From an uncultured Planctomycetota bacterium (GTDB taxonomy: Bacteria > Planctomycetota > Planctomycetia > Pirellulales > Lacipirellulaceae): a DNA stretch of 64,000 nt. Each line of letters starts with the position of its first letter. Position 1 is the first letter of the stretch. Under the pieces are notes generated by a model. The model was not told the origin of the DNA, searched no databases, and saw only the letters and a program-made list of their open reading frames with translations. The position numbers and the translations under genes are program-made. This document shows positions 60,529 to 64,000 of the stretch, in pieces. The stretch covers positions 576,001 through 640,000 of the forward strand of contig CAVRBU010000001.1 in NCBI GenBank assembly GCA_963719315.1, read 5' to 3'.

Positions 60529-61383
60529 ATGCAACGTCCCGCTCAAATTTCTTCCGCCGAATCGATCCCGCACAGCCTCACACCGGCTGGCGGCGGGTGG
60601 CATTGCAGCCATCTGTTTTACTCCTTCGATCGCACGGCGCTCACCCGATTCACATCGGACGACCGCGCCGCCGGTTCCCGCGATCTAGTTGCGGCACTTG
60701 ATCGGGCTGGCGGCGAAGCGCCGCTGCGGCTGCAGACAACGATCACTAGCGGCCAAAAAGCCGACTTCGGCGTCATGCTGCTCGACCCCGATCCGCTCAA
60801 GATCGACCGCGTCCACCAGCGGCTCATGGCTGGCCAGTTGGGCCCGGCGATCGTTCCGCGGTGGTCCTTCGTCTCGATGACCGAAATCAGCGAATACGTG
60901 CAATCGACCGAGGAATTCGGTGATAGGCTAGTTGCCGAGGGCATGGACGCGAACGGCGCCGAATACAAAACCCGCGTGAAGGGCTATGCCGACCGCCTCG
61001 TCTCAATGAATCACCAACGGCTGACGCCCGATTTCCCGCCCTACTCGGCAACTTGCTTCTACCCGATGAACAAGAAGCGTAAAGTCGGCGAGAATTGGTT
61101 CACGCTTCCCAAGGAAGAACGTAGCCGGCTGATGATCGAGCACGCCCGCAGCGGCATGGCCTTCGCTGGCCGAGTATCGCAGCTCATCACGGTGGGCTTG
61201 GGCGTCGAAGACTGGGAATGGGGCGTCACGCTCTGGGCCGCCAATCCCGAATACCTCAAGGAAATCGTCTACCGGATGCGGTTTGACGAAGCGTCCGCCC
61301 GCTACGCCGAGTTCGGACCGTTCTATACGGGCTATGTGGCCACGGCCGCCGATATTCTGAAGCATTGTCAAATCGCCACGTAG
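60529..61383 (+). CDS. hemQ: Coproheme decarboxylase (chlorite dismutase superfamily)
   Basis: GQKADF, SMTEISEY, CFYPMNK, NWFTLPKEERSRLMIEH, DWEWGVTL, MRFDEASARYAEFGPF. Confidence 0.85.
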   Translation: MQRPAQISSAESIPHSLTPAGGGWHCSHLFYSFDRTALTRFTSDDRAAGSRDLVAALDRAGGEAPLRLQTTITSGQKADFGVMLLDPDPLKIDRVHQRLMAGQLGPAIVPRWSFVSMTEISEYVQSTEEFGDRLVAEGMDANGAEYKTRVKGYADRLVSMNHQRLTPDFPPYSATCFYPMNKKRKVGENWFTLPKEERSRLMIEHARSGMAFAGRVSQLITVGLGVEDWEWGVTLWAANPEYLKEIVYRMRFDEASARYAEFGPFYTGYVATAADILKHCQIAT

Positions 61384-61480
61384 TAGGGCCTTCCGATAGC
61401 GCATTGCGAGTCTCGGAGAGAATTGCCCACGTGGCTGCGACTATCTGAGACGCGGAACAAGGCAGCCGCCCTGCACACTA

Positions 61481-62712
61481 GTGGTCTGTCTCGATTTAGT
61501 TGACGGGTGCTAGTACGGGATAAAGTCGTTTAATCTTGATCCTGGCATCGGCGGCGGTGAATTGCCAGTCGACGCGGACTGGTTGTTGGTTGCGGGGTTG
61601 TTCCCATGCGTGAACTTCGCTCTCCAGGCGGGCTCGGGAATCGATCCGTTGGTCCAGGCACTGCCTTCCCAGCACGGACAATTCACATTCCGCCATGTTC
61701 AGCCAACTGGCGTGCTTGGGGGTGTGATGCACTTCAAACCGCTCCCACAACCGTCGCGCCTCGTCAGGCGGGAAGATCGCGTACAGCACGGACAGCTTGT
61801 GCGTATTCAGGTTGTCCATGACCAGCACGATCTTCTCCGCCGTCGGGTACTGCTCGTCGGCGATGTTGCGCAGCAGGTCGGCGAAATCCGCCTTCGCGCG
61901 ACGTTCGGTGACCTTCACCCGGCGGCGGCCCGCCAAAGGTTCGCAGACCATGAACAGATTCGCTGTTCCCCGCCGTTCGTATTCGTAATCCTGTCGCGCC
62001 GGCTGCCCCGGCTCCATCGGCAGCGGCGGCGTGACGTCGGCCACCAATTGCTTGGTGGCTTCGTCGACGCACACGACTGGCCGTTGCTCGTCGTAGGGAC
62101 GCTGATAGACCTCCAGAACGTCTTCCATCGCGGCAACATAGTCCGCGTCATGCGGCTTAGGCAGAACCCACTGCTCTTTCAACCAGGGCTTAAGCTCGTT
62201 TTTTTCAGTGCGCTGCGCACGGCGTCCTTGCTGATCGACTCGACGATCTCCAGTTCGACCAACTTGTCGGCCAGCAGTCGCAAGGTCCAGCGGGCGCGTC
62301 CTTCCGGAGCCGGTCCGCAGGCCACGGCGATCAAGCGGGCCTCCTGTTGGCCGTCCAACTTTCGAGGGCGATGCCGGCTCTTAGGCTTCCATTCCAAGGC
62401 AACGTTCAGGCCCTGCTCGACGTACGCCTGTCGCACGTCATGCACCAATCCCACGCTGACGTCCAACGCTTCGCAAATCTCCTGGTCGGTCCGACCCGAC
62501 CCCGTGACGCCGGCGTCCGCCTTGAGCAGCACCTGGGCTCGGCGACGCTTGCCCGCCGCCACCTTGCCTCGTCCCACCACCGCCGCCAATTCCTCTCGCT
62601 CTTCCCCAGTCAACCGCACCACATACTTCGTGTTGTAGTTCATTTTCTCGCCTCCTGTGAAAAACCTGAAGACGTTATGCTATCCCCTAACTACTGAACA
62701 ACGACAGACCAC
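61481..62712 (-). mobile_element. IS630-family insertion sequence
   Basis: TIR GTGGTCTGTC / GACAGACCAC, TA duplication at 61479-61480 and 62713-62714 (CTAG site). Confidence 0.92.
61496..62643 (-). CDS. IS630 transposase, two ORFs joined by a -1 frameshift at A7 (62199-62205)
   Basis: HTH ORF ending LKKT; second frame KNELKPWL...VCVDE, LVMDNLNTH, HTPKHASWLNMAE. Confidence 0.93.
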
Positions 62713-62903
62713 TAGGGTGCCGCCGGCACTTCCTGGCCGGGTTTCACCCCAGGTGCTACGGCCTCGTCCAAAGTCATGATATAGATCACGATCCCGACAA
62801 GCATCGCGATCACCGCCCAAAACCGCCAGTCGTGATGGATGGGCCGCTTCTTTTGCGGCTGGCCGTGGTGCTCGTGACCGGAATGCGAATGCTCGTGCGA
62901 CAT
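62712..62903 (-). CDS. Small His-rich single-TM protein
   Basis: GAGGAG RBS; MSHEHSHSGHEHH...HHDWRFWAVIAMLVGIVIYIMTLDE. Confidence 0.7.
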   Translation of the reverse strand: MSHEHSHSGHEHHGQPQKKRPIHHDWRFWAVIAMLVGIVIYIMTLDEAVAPGVKPGQEVPAAP

Positions 62904-63089
62904 GCGAACGGCGCTCCTCGAAGCGTTGGGTAATCCAGTAAAGTCGTGATAACGCGTGAGTACCAGGATAACCGCTGCCCCGCACTGCATCAACATTTAT
63001 CGCGACTTCGGGCGGAGCCTTAATTGGTGCGGGTTTCCCGACGCCGCACGAGCCTCGACCGATGGTTTCCCGTGCGAAGCAAACCTTCC

Positions 63090-64000
63090 TCACCGTGCAT
63101 CATCAAACACGCCCGCACGGTACAGTGGCAGGTGGCGGTAGTACACTTCTAGTGTGTAGATCGAGAGGCAGGTCACGTACAGGCGCCCGCCGGCGTCGCC
63201 CCAACGGTCGCCTTTGGGATCCCAACTACCTCTCTCTTTCCCACGTTTTTCCTGGTGGAGCGGCAGCAACTCGCGCATCTGCTCGTTCCACGCGCGCCAC
63301 GGTTTGCCTTCCATGTGGTGCAATACCTGCGTCGCGTAGTACCAGGAGTAGGCGTTGCGCTCGTCCCAAGCGGGCTTTTTGGTCAGGAGATACTTGACGC
63401 CGGCATTGAGCCGCGGATCATCGTGCGGCCAGCCCAGGTATTGGCGGCACAACAGGCCCTCGGCCGTTAGCGGCCGCGTTGCGCCGGCCCTAATCTGGTA
63501 GGCATAGCGGGATCCGTCCTCGCGCGCAACCTGGTCCAGGAAGTTCGTGATCCGTTCAAAAACGGGGCTGGGCACCTCGATGCCGCCCATTCGCGCGCTT
63601 TGCAACGCCATCACGAACCAGCCGGTGACCGACATATCGCTGTCTTCTCCGGGATTGTATCGCCAGCCCCCTTCGGGCGCTTGAATGCGAACGCAATAAT
63701 CCACCGCCTTTTGGGCTGCGTCGTAGTATTCCGCGTCACCCGTCATCGCATACAGTTCGCACAGGGCGATCGTGCACTGGGCCTGCGTATAGAGTTGATG
63801 GGAAGGCGGAGCATCGCCGGCGTGAAAGAATCGACCGTCCTTATCCATCCTCCTCGAAAGCGCGCTCCAGCCGCGCCGAACGATCGGTCCGTACTCTCCT
63901 TTTGCCGAATCGCTGGCCGGCGTGTAGCCGGCCCCTTGAAACGCCAACAGAGCCATCGCCGAAGCAGATTCCGGGTTTTCCGATCCCGAACCGTCGGCAT
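63090..64000 (-). CDS. Prenyltransferase/squalene-oxidase repeat protein (5'-truncated by window)
   Basis: ALLAFQGAG, QAPEGGWRY, SDMSVTGW, YSWYYATQ, GSWDP...GGRLYVT. Confidence 0.88.
   Translation of the reverse strand, partial: ADGSGSENPESASAMALLAFQGAGYTPASDSAKGEYGPIVRRGWSALSRRMDKDGRFFHAGDAPPSHQLYTQAQCTIALCELYAMTGDAEYYDAAQKAVDYCVRIQAPEGGWRYNPGEDSDMSVTGWFVMALQSARMGGIEVPSPVFERITNFLDQVAREDGSRYAYQIRAGATRPLTAEGLLCRQYLGWPHDDPRLNAGVKYLLTKKPAWDERNAYSWYYATQVLHHMEGKPWRAWNEQMRELLPLHQEKRGKERGSWDPKGDRWGDAGGRLYVTCLSIYTLEVYYRHLPLYRAGVFDDAR

Noticed and set aside
61384..61477. Degenerate inverted repeat after hemQ (GTCTCGGAGAG ... CTATCTGAGAC)
   Set aside because: Too degenerate to call as a REP or terminator without other copies

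Overview
GC-rich bacterial chromosome segment, most likely a planctomycete (Pirellulales-like). This is inferred from DUF1559 prepilin-like proteins, dockerin-like/PEP-CTERM secreted proteins and tetrahydromethanopterin (H4MPT) biosynthesis genes. Housekeeping genes are polA, dapA, pdxJ, mgtE, rnc and chdC/hemQ. The window also holds a partial ebo-like cluster interrupted by two decayed toxin-antitoxin-like modules, a pabA-DUF447-mptG operon, and peptidases. Further along are a PEP-CTERM/DUF1559 secreted-protein locus ending in ssuD, a split ArgZ/AgrE-like arginine catabolism pair, and an extended prkA-yeaH-spoVR operon. Mobile DNA comprises three IS elements (two IS630, both inserted in TAG stop codons, and one IS5/IS4-type), a 122-bp MITE and REP-like palindromes. 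The most unusual observations are three. First, 7/8-bp periodic hairpin elements sit just upstream of start codons, and one is inserted in-frame inside an enzyme gene. Second, a membrane-anchored coiled-coil protein with a BRCT-like domain lies divergent from polA. Third, a PEP-CTERM protein carries an unassigned GH-A-like domain. Several single-base frameshifts suggest assembly indel errors. No rRNA, tRNA or CRISPR array was recognised. All calls come from manual reading with no database searches.
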